DNA from: an uncultured Myxococcales bacterium
GTDB taxonomy: Bacteria > Myxococcota_A > UBA9042 > CAZBRS01
Assembly (NCBI GenBank): GCA_964494475.1
Contig: CAZBRS010000018.1
Span: forward strand, 26,058-90,057
Direction: 5' to 3'
DNA: 64,000 nucleotides
The notes under the pieces are model-generated. The model did not search any database. It was not told the DNA's origin and worked only from the letters and a program-made list of their open reading frames with translations. The position numbers and the translations under genes were made by a program. Each line of letters opens with the position of its first letter. Position 1 is the first letter of the stretch. Positions 10,131 through 19,714 of the stretch are shown one piece after another.

Positions 10131-11750
10131 ATGCGAATCACGATATCCATGATGGCGCTCGGCGTGGGGCTCGGCCTCTGGGGATGCGGGGCGACCTCGG
10201 CCGGCGAGGGTTCGTGGGCCGGGTCCGACGACACCCTCTCGGCCTCGGAGACCTCGTCCCCCTGGGAGCCCGGCGGCGACCAGGCCGACGCCTCGGCGGA
10301 CACGTCCGATGGCTACTACGAAGAGCCCGAGCAGGCGTTCGCGTTCAACTCGGCGGCCGTGGGCGAGACCGTGGTCTTCGTGGTCGACACCAACCGCGAT
10401 CAGCTGCTGTGGGTCGACGCGGCCAGCCTGAAGATCCGCGCGGTCAAGGTGGGTGACCAGCCCGTGCTGGTGAAGGCCTTCCCGGGCACCGACACGGCGC
10501 TGGTGCTGAACCAGGGCAGCCAGACGGCCAGCCTGGTCAGCGTGGTCGGGGGCGAGGCCGAGGTGCGCCACTTCGACGTGCTGCCGGGCGTGAACACCGT
10601 GGCCATGTCGCCCTACGGGCCCTACGCGGTGCTCTACTTCGCGTGGGGGCAGGGCACGACCACGCTGGGCGCGCTGAACGCCGTCAACGTGCTCCGCGCC
10701 GAGGCGGGCAAGCAGGCGCTCGTCGAGGTGGGAACGGGCTTCAAGCCCGCGGCCGTGGCCTTCCGCGAAGACGGCGGCGCGCTGTACGTGGTGAGCCAGG
10801 CCGGCCTCACGCAGGTCGACCTGCCCACCGACATCGACGCGCCCCGCTTCCGGCCTCCGCTCCCCCTGGTCGACGATCCGCTGCTCGACCAGTACGAGCG
10901 CGAGGTGCAGGTGACCGCCGACGGCGCCTACGCCCTCACGCGCGTCGTCGGGCAGCCGGTGGTGTCGATCCTCGACGTGGCCGCAAAGACGGCACGCTCG
11001 TTCTCGTCGGTCGAGGGCTGGATTCCCTCGGACCTCGACCTCATCCCGGCCCAGGCGCGCTTCGTGCTCACCCTGCGCGACGCGCGGCGGGTGCAGGTGA
11101 TCGACATGGCCGGCCTGTTGGCCGGCGACGCGGCGGCGGTCGACGAGGTGACCACCGGCGACGTGCCCCTCGGCCTCGCCGAGATCGCCCCCGACGGCAA
11201 GACCGCGCTCCTCTACACGACCACGGCCGACTCGAAGACCATGGGCCTGCTCGACCTGGACGCCCCCGAGCTCGAGCTCGCCTACGTGCCGCTGCACAAG
11301 ACGGTGCGCTCGGCCGTGGTCGAGCCGGGCTCCGAGTTCGGCGTGCTCTACCACGACCGCGCGCCGGGTACGCCTTCGCCCTCGGACACCTTCGACCAGC
11401 TGGTGGCCAAGAGCCACGGCTACTCGGTGATCGACCTCGCGAGCGGCTACGTGCAGCCGTTCCTCACCGACCACGAGCCCAAGGACCTGGTCTTCCTGCC
11501 CGAGCACCACAAGATGATCGTGCTCCTGCCCGATCCGGACAACCTCGACCACCGCGTGGAGGTGGTCGACTTCCTGCGGCTGCTCGCCACGTCGCACCCG
11601 CTGTACGCGAGGCCGCTGTCGGTGCAGGCCTTCAAGGGCGCGCCCAAGGCCGTGATCCTCGAGGAGCACCTGTCGGGCCGCCTGACCATCCTCGACACCG
11701 ACACCCAGGGCACCGAGAGCGTGACGGGCTTCCACCTGAACGCCGAATAG
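10131..11750 (+). CDS. Lipoprotein, beta-propeller-like
   Basis: Lipobox LGLWGC. Repeated V-x-V-D / S-P-D-G-like strand motifs. RBS GGGAGGA. Confidence 0.6.
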   Translation: MRITISMMALGVGLGLWGCGATSAGEGSWAGSDDTLSASETSSPWEPGGDQADASADTSDGYYEEPEQAFAFNSAAVGETVVFVVDTNRDQLLWVDAASLKIRAVKVGDQPVLVKAFPGTDTALVLNQGSQTASLVSVVGGEAEVRHFDVLPGVNTVAMSPYGPYAVLYFAWGQGTTTLGALNAVNVLRAEAGKQALVEVGTGFKPAAVAFREDGGALYVVSQAGLTQVDLPTDIDAPRFRPPLPLVDDPLLDQYEREVQVTADGAYALTRVVGQPVVSILDVAAKTARSFSSVEGWIPSDLDLIPAQARFVLTLRDARRVQVIDMAGLLAGDAAAVDEVTTGDVPLGLAEIAPDGKTALLYTTTADSKTMGLLDLDAPELELAYVPLHKTVRSAVVEPGSEFGVLYHDRAPGTPSPSDTFDQLVAKSHGYSVIDLASGYVQPFLTDHEPKDLVFLPEHHKMIVLLPDPDNLDHRVEVVDFLRLLATSHPLYARPLSVQAFKGAPKAVILEEHLSGRLTILDTDTQGTESVTGFHLNAE

Positions 11751-11833
11751 TCCGACCGAAGGCCGGTTGTCATTCCGCTCCCCTTGGGGTACCGTCCTCA
11801 CCATCTGGTTGCTGTAAAGAGGACCGGTCCGGC

Positions 11834-12397
11834 ATGGTGTTGAGGGGCGCCTTGCACACGCACAGCACGTGCTCGGACGGGCGGCTCACCGTGCCCCAGG
11901 TGCTCGCGCGCTACACGGCCCTGGGCTTCGACTTCGTGGCGCTCACCGACCACGACACGCTGCTGCGCGACGGCTGCTACCAGCGCGCGCTCGAGGGCGT
12001 GTCGACCGACCTCGTCGTCTTCACCGGCGTCGAGCTCACGGTGTTCGAGAAGGGCTACGTGCACGTGGGGCGCATCCAGGGCGAGACGCAGGTGCTGCAC
12101 GTGTTCAACCACCCGGCCGAGCTCGGCCTGCCGGTCGAGAAGGCCCTCGAGCGCATCCGGGCCGTGGCGGGCACGCTGCCCCTCGACGCGGTCGAGGTCA
12201 CGGCGCACGGCTTCGCCACCCCCGAGTACGACCGACCCGAGCTGCCGCTCGTGAAGGTGGCCACCGACGACAGCCACACGGCCGAGGCGTGCGGTCGCGC
12301 CTGGATCGAGCTCAGCTGCCGCCGCGCCAAGGACGACATCCTCAAGGCGATCAAGGCGGGCGATTTCTGGAACTGCCTGGCTTCGTCCAGGGCCTAG
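11834..12397 (+). CDS. PHP-domain metallophosphoesterase
   Basis: N-terminal ALHTHSTCSDG...FVALTDHD, the typical PHP His/Asp motifs. Confidence 0.7.
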   Translation: MVLRGALHTHSTCSDGRLTVPQVLARYTALGFDFVALTDHDTLLRDGCYQRALEGVSTDLVVFTGVELTVFEKGYVHVGRIQGETQVLHVFNHPAELGLPVEKALERIRAVAGTLPLDAVEVTAHGFATPEYDRPELPLVKVATDDSHTAEACGRAWIELSCRRAKDDILKAIKAGDFWNCLASSRA

Positions 12398-12411
12398 GGA
12401 AAGGAGCCCCC

Positions 12412-13566
12412 ATGGACTTCGCGTTCACCGAGGAGCAGCTCATCTTCCGGCGCGCGGTCTACGACTACGCCGTGAAGCACGTGGCGCCCTTCGCCGAGGC
12501 GGCCGACGCGCGCAGCGAGTTCAGCTTCGAGGCCTGGAAGAAGCTCGGCGACTTCGGCCTGCTTGGGCTGCACTACCCGGCCGAGTACGGCGGCCAGGAG
12601 TCCGACGTGCTGACCGCGTGCCTGGCCTCCGAGGCGCTCGGCGAGGCCGGCGTCGACGGCGGGCTCATGCTGGCCCTCGGCGCCCACACCTACCTGTGTG
12701 GCGACACGATCCTGCAGTACGGCACGGAGGAGCAGAAGCGGCGCTACCTGCCGAAGCTCGCGTCGGGCGAGTGGATCGGCTGCATGGGGTTGACCGAGCC
12801 CGGCGCGGGCTCCGACGCGGCCTCCATCCGCACGCGCGCCGAGCGGCGGGGCGATCGGTTCGTGCTGAACGGCACCAAGATGTTCATCACGAACGCGCCC
12901 TACGCGCAGGTGGCCGTGATCTTCGCCGTCACCGACAAGGAGGCCGGGCACTTCGGCATCTCGGCCTTCCTGGTCGAGAAGGACACCCCCGGCTTCCGCG
13001 CGGGCAAGAAGCTGAACAAGCTCGGCGTGCGCTCGTCGGCCACCTCCGAGCTCATCCTCGAGGACGTCGAGATCCCGGCCCAGAACCTGCTCGGCCAGGA
13101 GGGCGAGGGCTTCCTCATCGCCCTGGGCGCCCTCGAGTGGGACCGCTCGGCGTTGCTGGCGCCGCTGGTGGGCTCGATGCAGAAGGCCTTGAACGACAGC
13201 GCGCGCTACGTGCTCGATCGCAAGCAGTTCGGGCGGCCCGTGGCCGACTTCCAGGCGGTGCAGCGCAAGATCGCCGACATCAAGGTGTACGTCGAGGCCG
13301 CGCGCCTGCTGGTCTACCGCATCGCCTGGAACAAGGACCGGGGTCAGCCCTTGAACCACCTCGAGGCGTCGGTCGCCAAGCTGTTCGTGGGCGACTGGGG
13401 CCTGCAGGCGGCGTCGGAGGCCGTGCAGCTCCATGGCGGCTACGGGTACATCCACGAGTTTCCGGTCGAGCGCGTGTTCCGCGACGCCAAGCTGGCCCAG
13501 ATCGGCGGCGGCACCTCCGAGGTGCAGCGCATGATCATCTCGCGGCTCTTGAAGGGGGGGCTCTGA
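12412..13566 (+). CDS. Acyl-CoA dehydrogenase (isovaleryl-CoA-DH-like C-terminal signature)
   Basis: GLTEPGAGSD, FITNA, QLHGGYGY...RDAKLAQIGGGTSEVQR. Confidence 0.9.
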   Translation: MDFAFTEEQLIFRRAVYDYAVKHVAPFAEAADARSEFSFEAWKKLGDFGLLGLHYPAEYGGQESDVLTACLASEALGEAGVDGGLMLALGAHTYLCGDTILQYGTEEQKRRYLPKLASGEWIGCMGLTEPGAGSDAASIRTRAERRGDRFVLNGTKMFITNAPYAQVAVIFAVTDKEAGHFGISAFLVEKDTPGFRAGKKLNKLGVRSSATSELILEDVEIPAQNLLGQEGEGFLIALGALEWDRSALLAPLVGSMQKALNDSARYVLDRKQFGRPVADFQAVQRKIADIKVYVEAARLLVYRIAWNKDRGQPLNHLEASVAKLFVGDWGLQAASEAVQLHGGYGYIHEFPVERVFRDAKLAQIGGGTSEVQRMIISRLLKGGL

Positions 13567-14729
13567 TGAACTTCGAGTACGCTCCGGAAGAGCTGGCGAA
13601 GAGCCAGGAGTTCGCGGCGTTCTGCGCCACGCGGCTCGCCGAGGTGCCCGACACCGAGCCGCCGGTGGCGCGCCACGAGGCCGTGCGCAGGAATCTGGCC
13701 ACCCTGGGGGCCGCGGGCCTGCTGGGCCTCGAGGTGGCGGTGGCCGACGGAGGGCTCGGCCTGGGGGCGCTGGCGGCGTTGCCGTACCATGTGGCGCTGG
13801 CGCGCGCGTCGGCCTCGACCTTCGCGGCCGCCGAGGCCTCGGTGGCCACCGTGGGTGGGCTGCTGGCGCGCCTGGGCACGCCCGCGCAGAAGCAGCGCTT
13901 CCTCCCCGGGCTGCTGGCCGGGAGCGCGTTGGCCGCCTTCGCCGTGACCGAGGCGGCGGCGGGCTCCGACCTGTCGACCACGGCCGCCACGGCCGCGCCT
14001 TCGGACGGGGGCTGGAGGTTGAACGGCACGAAGATCCTGGTTACCAACGCACCCCTGGCCGACCTGGCGCTGGTGCTGGCGCAGGTCGACCCGGCAGCCC
14101 CCGCCGACACCGGGTTGGCCCTGTTCCTGGTGCCCTGCGCGTCGCCGGGCGTGACCGTCGGCCCCGCCGAGGAGACGCTGGGGCTGCGGGGCATGACCCT
14201 CGGCAGCCTGGCGCTGGTCGACTGCGAGCTGCCCGCCGAGGCGCTGCTCGGGCCGGCGGGCGCGGGCCTCGGGGCCGTGCACGAGGCGTTGCTGGAGGGG
14301 TGCCTGCGCTACGCGGCCTACTCGCTCGGCCTGATCGAGCGCTGCGTCGACCTGGCCCTCGGTCACGCCACCACGCGTACGCTGGGGGGCAAGCCCATCT
14401 TCCGGCACCAGGAGGTCTCGTTCAAGCTGGCCGACATGTACGCGCTCAGTGACACCGCGCTGCAGTTGACGCGCCACGCCGCGTGGAGCCGCGATCAGCA
14501 GGGCGCGAAGGCGGCCACGCTCATCCAGGCGGCCAAGCTCTTCGCGAGCGAGGCGCTGGCGCGCGTGGCGCACCTGGCGGTGCAGGTTCACGGGGGGCAG
14601 GGCTTCCTGGCGGCGCATCCGGTGGAGCGGCTGTACCGCGACGCGCGCTACGCCGAGTTGGCCAAGGTGAGCTCCGAGTTGCTGCGCGTGCGCATCGCCG
14701 CCGACGTCTTCCGCGGCGTGGGGAGGTAG
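13566..14729 (+). CDS. Acyl-CoA dehydrogenase family protein, degenerate C-terminal signature
   Basis: VTEAAAGSD, LVTNA, VHGGQGF...RDARYAELAKVSSELLR. Its start overlaps the upstream stop (TGATG). Confidence 0.8.
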   Translation: MNFEYAPEELAKSQEFAAFCATRLAEVPDTEPPVARHEAVRRNLATLGAAGLLGLEVAVADGGLGLGALAALPYHVALARASASTFAAAEASVATVGGLLARLGTPAQKQRFLPGLLAGSALAAFAVTEAAAGSDLSTTAATAAPSDGGWRLNGTKILVTNAPLADLALVLAQVDPAAPADTGLALFLVPCASPGVTVGPAEETLGLRGMTLGSLALVDCELPAEALLGPAGAGLGAVHEALLEGCLRYAAYSLGLIERCVDLALGHATTRTLGGKPIFRHQEVSFKLADMYALSDTALQLTRHAAWSRDQQGAKAATLIQAAKLFASEALARVAHLAVQVHGGQGFLAAHPVERLYRDARYAELAKVSSELLRVRIAADVFRGVGR

Positions 14730-14732
14730 AGC

Positions 14733-15881
14733 ATGACCGATCGCGTGGGGATCTGCGCCGTCGCCCAGACGACGTACGTTCGTGACCGCTCGGATCAGCG
14801 CTTCCAGGGGATGGCGCTGGAGGTGGTCGGCGAGCTGCGCCGCCAGACCGGCCTCGGCTTCGAGCCGGGCCGGGGCATCGACGCCACCATCAGCGTGTCC
14901 GACGACCTGTTCGACGCCCGCACCATCTCGGACAACGCCATGACCGATGTGCTGGGCGCGCACCTCGGGTGCGAGGAGAAGGTGGCCCAGGAGGGGCTGC
15001 AGGCGCTGTACTACGGCCTGGCCATGATCCGCTCGGGCCACGCCGACGTGGTGCTGGTGGTCGGGCACTGCAAGGAGTCGCAGGGCGAGAGCCGCAACCA
15101 GGTGACCCACCTGGCCTTCGACCCGTTCTTCACGCGGCCCGTGGGGCTCGACTTCCAGGCCGCGGCCGCGCTGCAGGCGCAGGCCTACCAGGCCGCGGCG
15201 GGCCTCACCGAGCGGCACCTGGCCGAGATCGTCGTGCGCGCCCGCGCGGCCGGCGCCGCCAACCCGCACACGCCTGAGATCACCGCCGTCACCGCCGACG
15301 AGGTGCTGGCGTCGCCCATGCTGGCCGATCCGATCCGCCAGGCGCACGCCTGGCCGGTCTCCGACGGGGCCGTGGGGTTGATCCTGGCCTCCGAGGAGCG
15401 CGCGCGTGCTTTGACGGGAACGCCCGTGTGGCTCGAGGGGGTGGGCTGCTGCCTCGACACCTTCTTCCTCGGTGACCGTGACCTCACGGGCAACTTCGCG
15501 CTGAAGAAGGCCGCCGCGCGCGCCTACGAGCGGGCGGGCGTGGCCGACCCCCGGACCGCCTTCGACGTGGTCGAGGTATCCGACGCCTACGCCTACCAGC
15601 AGCCGCTGTGGCTCGAAGGTCTCGGCCTCTGCGACCCCGGGCGGGGAGCGCGCTTCCTGGACGGTGGGGGCGCCGAGCGCGCGAACGTGAACCGCTCGGG
15701 GGGGCTCCTGGCCGGCAACCCGCTGATCCTCGGGGGGTTGGTGCGCGCCGTCGAGGCCACGCTGCAGCTCACGGGGCGGGCGGGCACCCGCCAGGTGCCG
15801 AGCGCCCGGCGGGCGTTGGCTCAGGGCGCCATGGGGCCCGCGGGGCAGTTCCACTCCGTCGCCGTGCTCGCCAGGGATTGA
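14733..15881 (+). CDS. Thiolase-like (SCP-x/lipid-transfer type) protein
   Basis: Thiolase-fold layout with C-terminal NRSGGLLAGNPLILGG... motif. Confidence 0.75.
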   Translation: MTDRVGICAVAQTTYVRDRSDQRFQGMALEVVGELRRQTGLGFEPGRGIDATISVSDDLFDARTISDNAMTDVLGAHLGCEEKVAQEGLQALYYGLAMIRSGHADVVLVVGHCKESQGESRNQVTHLAFDPFFTRPVGLDFQAAAALQAQAYQAAAGLTERHLAEIVVRARAAGAANPHTPEITAVTADEVLASPMLADPIRQAHAWPVSDGAVGLILASEERARALTGTPVWLEGVGCCLDTFFLGDRDLTGNFALKKAAARAYERAGVADPRTAFDVVEVSDAYAYQQPLWLEGLGLCDPGRGARFLDGGGAERANVNRSGGLLAGNPLILGGLVRAVEATLQLTGRAGTRQVPSARRALAQGAMGPAGQFHSVAVLARD

Positions 15882-15892
15882 GGGGGACCACC

Positions 15893-17101
15893 ATGACGCA
15901 CAAGCGACGGAACGTCGGCATCCTCGGCACCGGGCAGACCGTGCACTCGAGCCACCGCGAAGACGTGAACCAGCCCGAGCTCATCTGGGAGGCCGTCAGC
16001 GCGGCCCTGGCCGACGCGGGCGTGGGCCTCGACGACATCGGCTGCATCGTGCACGGCAACATGGAGCTGTTCGAGATGGTGCACCAGCCCGACCTGTGGC
16101 ACGTGCTCGGCACGGGCGCCTACGGCAAGGAGGCCCTGCGGGTCACCACGGGCGGCACCACGGGCGCCACGCTGGCCTGCGCCGGCGATCACCTGGTGGC
16201 CTCGGGGCTGCACGATCTGGTGCTGGTGGTCGGCTTCGAGAAGCTGCAGGAGGGCCACACCACGGGCGGCATCACCAACATGGCCGACCCGCTGTGGGGG
16301 CGCAGCCTGCAGACCGGGGCCCTCACGGGCATGACCGCGCAGGCCATGATCGACGAGTTCGGCGCCGAACGCGCCAAGCGAGCCGCCATGCGCCACCGCG
16401 TGCTCATGGACCGCCACGCCATGAAGAACCGGCACGCCCACCGGCGCTTCGGCCTGACCTTCGAGCAGATCGACGATCTGATGCGCACCAGCCCCCCGCT
16501 GGTGGGCGAATTGCGCATGATCCACATGTGCTCCCAGAGCGACGGCGCGTGCGCCGTGGTCCTCTGCAGCGAGGAGGTCGCGCGGCGCCTGGGGAAGAAG
16601 GTGGCCTGGATCCACGATCACGTGACCGTGCACCGCGAGGAGACCTTCACCCTGTTCGGGCAAGAGAAGGTGAAGTCCACCATGCGCGTGGCGGCCGAGC
16701 GCCTGTTCGCGCGGAACGGCATCAGCGATCCGCGCCGGCAGCTCGACCTGTTCGAGATGTACGACCCCTCCAGTTGGTGGGGCCTCGACTGGCTGCGCGA
16801 GTTCCTGCTGCTCGAGGGCGACCAGCACCTGCAGATGGTCGAGAACGACGAGATCGCCCTGGACGGGAGCTTCCCCGTGAACCCCTCGGGCGGCGTGATC
16901 GCCTCGAACCCCATCGGCGCCACGGCGCTGGTGCGCGTGGCCGAGGCGGCCAACCAGATCCGCGGGTGCGCGGGCGAGCACCAGGTCGCGAAGACCGTCC
17001 GGCGGGCGCTGGCGTCGGGCTTCGGCGGCACGTACTGGACGGTGCTCATGCTGCTCGGCGCCGACCCGCTACCTCTCGAGCGCGATGGAGGTGCGGCATG
17101 A
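15893..17101 (+). CDS. Thiolase-like (SCP-x/lipid-transfer type) protein
   Basis: GGTTGATLAC..., C-terminal NPSGGVIASNPIGATA... typical of nonspecific lipid-transfer thiolases. Confidence 0.8.
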   Translation: MTHKRRNVGILGTGQTVHSSHREDVNQPELIWEAVSAALADAGVGLDDIGCIVHGNMELFEMVHQPDLWHVLGTGAYGKEALRVTTGGTTGATLACAGDHLVASGLHDLVLVVGFEKLQEGHTTGGITNMADPLWGRSLQTGALTGMTAQAMIDEFGAERAKRAAMRHRVLMDRHAMKNRHAHRRFGLTFEQIDDLMRTSPPLVGELRMIHMCSQSDGACAVVLCSEEVARRLGKKVAWIHDHVTVHREETFTLFGQEKVKSTMRVAAERLFARNGISDPRRQLDLFEMYDPSSWWGLDWLREFLLLEGDQHLQMVENDEIALDGSFPVNPSGGVIASNPIGATALVRVAEAANQIRGCAGEHQVAKTVRRALASGFGGTYWTVLMLLGADPLPLERDGGAA

Positions 17102-17958
17102 GCGACGTGAAGACCGAAGCGCGGCCCGAGGGCGTCACGGTCGCCGACATCTTCGGCACCATGGAGGGGCGCGTGAACCCCGGCGGAGTGGCTGGCGTCA
17201 GCGCCAACTACGCGTACAAGGTGACGGGCGAGGGCGGGGGCGAGTGGACGGTGTGCGTGAAGGACGGCGGCGTGAGGGTGCTGGCGGGCGTGCACGAGCC
17301 CGCCGTGACCTCGACCATCAGCGCGGCCGACTGGATCGACCTGACCCTCGGCAAGCTGGACGGCATGACGGCCTTCACGTCGGGGCGCCTGACGGTCGAG
17401 GGCGACCTGGGGCTCATGGGGAAGGCCTCGAAGTTCTTCAAGAAGTACCTGCCCCCCGGGGGCGAGGCGCGCGAGGCCCCCAAGGCCGAGCTGATCGTCT
17501 TGAAGCAGCTCTTGTCGTTGAACCAGCGCTTCGCGACGGGGCCGCTCCTGGGGCGCTTCCTGGCCGAGCTGCGCGACCACAAGCGCCTGCTCGCGAACCA
17601 GTGCCCGGTGTGCGGGCGCAAGCAGATTCCGCCGCGCGAGGTGTGCGCCGTGTGCCACGTGCCGGTCGACGAACTGGTCGAGGTGGGGCCGGCGGGCGTG
17701 GTCTGCTTCTACGACATCGCCTACTACGCGAGCCCCGACCCGCTGACGGGCGAGAGCCGCGAGACGCCCTACTGCTCGGCGTTCATCCTGCTCGACGGGT
17801 GCGCGGGCAACGACGTGCTGTGGCACGAGGTGAAGCCGACCGACATCCCCCGGCTGAAGCCCGGCGTGCGCGTGCGGCCCGTGTGGGCCGAGCAGCGCGC
17901 GGGGGCCATCACCGACATTCGCTACTTCGAGATCGTCGACGAGGCGGTGACCGCATGA
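17098..17958 (+). CDS. SCP2 sterol-carrier domain fused to DUF35 Zn-ribbon/OB-fold domain
   Basis: SCP2 part ...LDGMTAFTSGRLTVEGDLGLMGKASKFF. DUF35 part CPVCGRKQIPPREVCAVC plus an OB-fold. ATGA overlap upstream. Confidence 0.75.
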   Translation: MSDVKTEARPEGVTVADIFGTMEGRVNPGGVAGVSANYAYKVTGEGGGEWTVCVKDGGVRVLAGVHEPAVTSTISAADWIDLTLGKLDGMTAFTSGRLTVEGDLGLMGKASKFFKKYLPPGGEAREAPKAELIVLKQLLSLNQRFATGPLLGRFLAELRDHKRLLANQCPVCGRKQIPPREVCAVCHVPVDELVEVGPAGVVCFYDIAYYASPDPLTGESRETPYCSAFILLDGCAGNDVLWHEVKPTDIPRLKPGVRVRPVWAEQRAGAITDIRYFEIVDEAVTA

Positions 17959-18851
17959 GCACGACCCTGAAGGCCACAGCGAGCGACGCGTTCGTGATCG
18001 AGGGCAAGCTGGCGCTGCCGTACCAGTACTTCGCGGGGGCCACGGGCAGCCGCTTCCTGGTGGCGCTCCGCGACGAGCACAAGCTGCTGGGTACGCGCTG
18101 CCCCACCTGCGGCAAGGTGACCGTGCCGCCGCGGCCGACCTGCGAGCTGCACCCCGGGCCGGCCACCGAATGGGTGAGCCTGCCGGGCACCGGCGAGATC
18201 GCCGGCTTCACGGTGATCCGCTACGCAGAGCCCTACCAGCCCTGCAAGCCGCCCTACGTGCTGGCGCTCATCAAGCTGGACGGCGCCGACAGCCGATTGA
18301 CCCACGTGGTCAAGGGCGTGGCCCCCAGCCAGGTGCGGGTGGGCCTGCGCGTGAAGCCGGTGTTCGCGAAGGCGCCCGTCTCGACCCTTCTGGCCATCGA
18401 CCACTTCGAGCCCGACGAGAGCCCGTTCCAGCTGGGCCTCGGCTACGACGAGCTCGAGGTGGGCATGAGCGCGTCGGTGTCGAAGACCATCACCGAGACC
18501 GACGTGTACCTGTTCGCGGGCATCTCGGGCGACTTCAACCCCATGCACGTGAACGAGCAGTTCGCGAAGACCACGCCCTTCGGCACGCGCATCGCCCACG
18601 GGGCGCTGGCGCAGTCGCTGCTGGCGCCGGTCCTGGGCATGAAGCTGCCGGGGCTCGGCACCATCGCCCTCGAGGTCACGGCGCGCTTCAAGGCGCCCAC
18701 GCACTTCGGCGACACCATCACGTGCAAGGCCACCGTGTCGGAGCTGTTGCCCGAGAAGAGGTGGGTGCGCCTGAGCGCGGTGTGGACCAACCAGGACGGG
18801 CAGGTGGTGGCCACGGGCTCGGCGCTGGTGCTGCCTCCGCAGAAGGGGTAG
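17955..18851 (+). CDS. DUF35 Zn-ribbon/OB-fold domain fused to MaoC-like (R)-hydratase
   Basis: CPTCGKVTVPPRPTCE plus an OB-fold, then MaoC hot-dog motif LFAGISGDFNPMHVNEQFA...IAHGAL. ATGA overlap upstream. Confidence 0.8.
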   Translation: MSTTLKATASDAFVIEGKLALPYQYFAGATGSRFLVALRDEHKLLGTRCPTCGKVTVPPRPTCELHPGPATEWVSLPGTGEIAGFTVIRYAEPYQPCKPPYVLALIKLDGADSRLTHVVKGVAPSQVRVGLRVKPVFAKAPVSTLLAIDHFEPDESPFQLGLGYDELEVGMSASVSKTITETDVYLFAGISGDFNPMHVNEQFAKTTPFGTRIAHGALAQSLLAPVLGMKLPGLGTIALEVTARFKAPTHFGDTITCKATVSELLPEKRWVRLSAVWTNQDGQVVATGSALVLPPQKG

Positions 18852-18862
18852 GGGCGCGCGGG

Positions 18863-18885
18863 ACGCCGGCGGACCCGCCGCCGGC
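18863..18885. terminator. GC-rich hairpin between convergent operons
   Basis: 9-bp perfect stem CGCCGGCGG / CCGCCGGCG with 5-nt loop. No T tract, so intrinsic-terminator function is uncertain. Confidence 0.35.
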
Positions 18886-18916
18886 GATCGCCTTCCGGCC
18901 CACCTCTCCGTGCGAT

Positions 18917-19714
18917 TCAGCGCCGTGCGTCCTCGTCTCGCGGCGCCGGGCGCTCGGGCGGCGGTGACGGTTTGTGAAAGATCTCGTGCGCGTCCGCGTA
19001 GAGCGAATCCAGGCTGGCTCCATCGTGCGCTTTGAACAGTCCCTTGATTCGCAGCTCCATCTCCGGCGAGAAAGACCCATTCTCTTCCAGGTGCTGCTTT
19101 GGCATGTTCAATCTTCCGAGTATTATCGTGTCATTTACATATGGTCGAATTTTTCTCAGCAGGGGTCTCAGGTCCTCATCCAGCATCGGCTCGCACGAAA
19201 CGCTCGTGGCGAACCCTGCCGAGTGGGCGTACTTCAAGCATTCGAGCCGCTCCGAGAACTCCGGGGCCCCGGGCTCCCAGTACCGCAGGGTCTCCGGGTC
19301 GCACGAGCCGATGGTGAACCTGAACAGTATCCTGTCCTTGAATTCCGAAAAGCGTTCACATATGGCTGCAATGCACTGCAGTTGTGGTTTGGAGACCAGG
19401 AGCACCCGGGCGTAGGCGGTGAGCAGTTCGGCGATGAAGTCGAGGCACTCCGGCAGGATTTCTGGCGTGATGTCGTGCGTCGACGGGAACATCACGGTCT
19501 CTTGGAGCAGGGGCGTGCGTGGCTTGATCTTGCGCCTGCTCCTGCGCATCTTCGGATCTTTCCATCCATTGATGTCTGTACGTTTGAAGCGTATGGAAAC
19601 AGCCTTCGCGTGACAATACAGGCAGTTGTTAGAGCAGCCTATGGCTATATTTTTTTCTGTGTCTGCCCACTTTTTTGGTCCGTGAGTGTCATTTTTTATG
19701 TCATAATTGCCCAT
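18917..19714 (-). CDS. Radical SAM protein, SplB/COG1533-like
   Basis: IAIGCSNNCLYCHA (CxxxCxxC). Conspicuously low GC. Start is 2 nt after the upstream stop. Confidence 0.8.
   Translation of the reverse strand: MGNYDIKNDTHGPKKWADTEKNIAIGCSNNCLYCHAKAVSIRFKRTDINGWKDPKMRRSRRKIKPRTPLLQETVMFPSTHDITPEILPECLDFIAELLTAYARVLLVSKPQLQCIAAICERFSEFKDRILFRFTIGSCDPETLRYWEPGAPEFSERLECLKYAHSAGFATSVSCEPMLDEDLRPLLRKIRPYVNDTIILGRLNMPKQHLEENGSFSPEMELRIKGLFKAHDGASLDSLYADAHEIFHKPSPPPERPAPRDEDARR

Noticed and set aside
9243-11804. 853-aa minus-strand ORF (and similar long antisense or out-of-frame ORFs at 13440..15854, 21511..24165, 26201..28183, 28264..30330, 36870..38987, 43854..46940, 48255..50624, 52023..54845, 61292..63946)
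   Set aside because: All overlap ORFs with recognisable domains on the other strand or in another frame, and all have Arg/Pro/Gly-dominated composition. They are expected by chance at about 70% GC, where stop codons are rare.
12412-13566. Apparent loss of the catalytic Glu (YEG to GGG) in the first acyl-CoA dehydrogenase
   Set aside because: The motif AKLAQIGGGTSEVQR matches the isovaleryl-CoA-dehydrogenase type, in which the catalytic base sits elsewhere in the fold. This is not evidence of inactivity.
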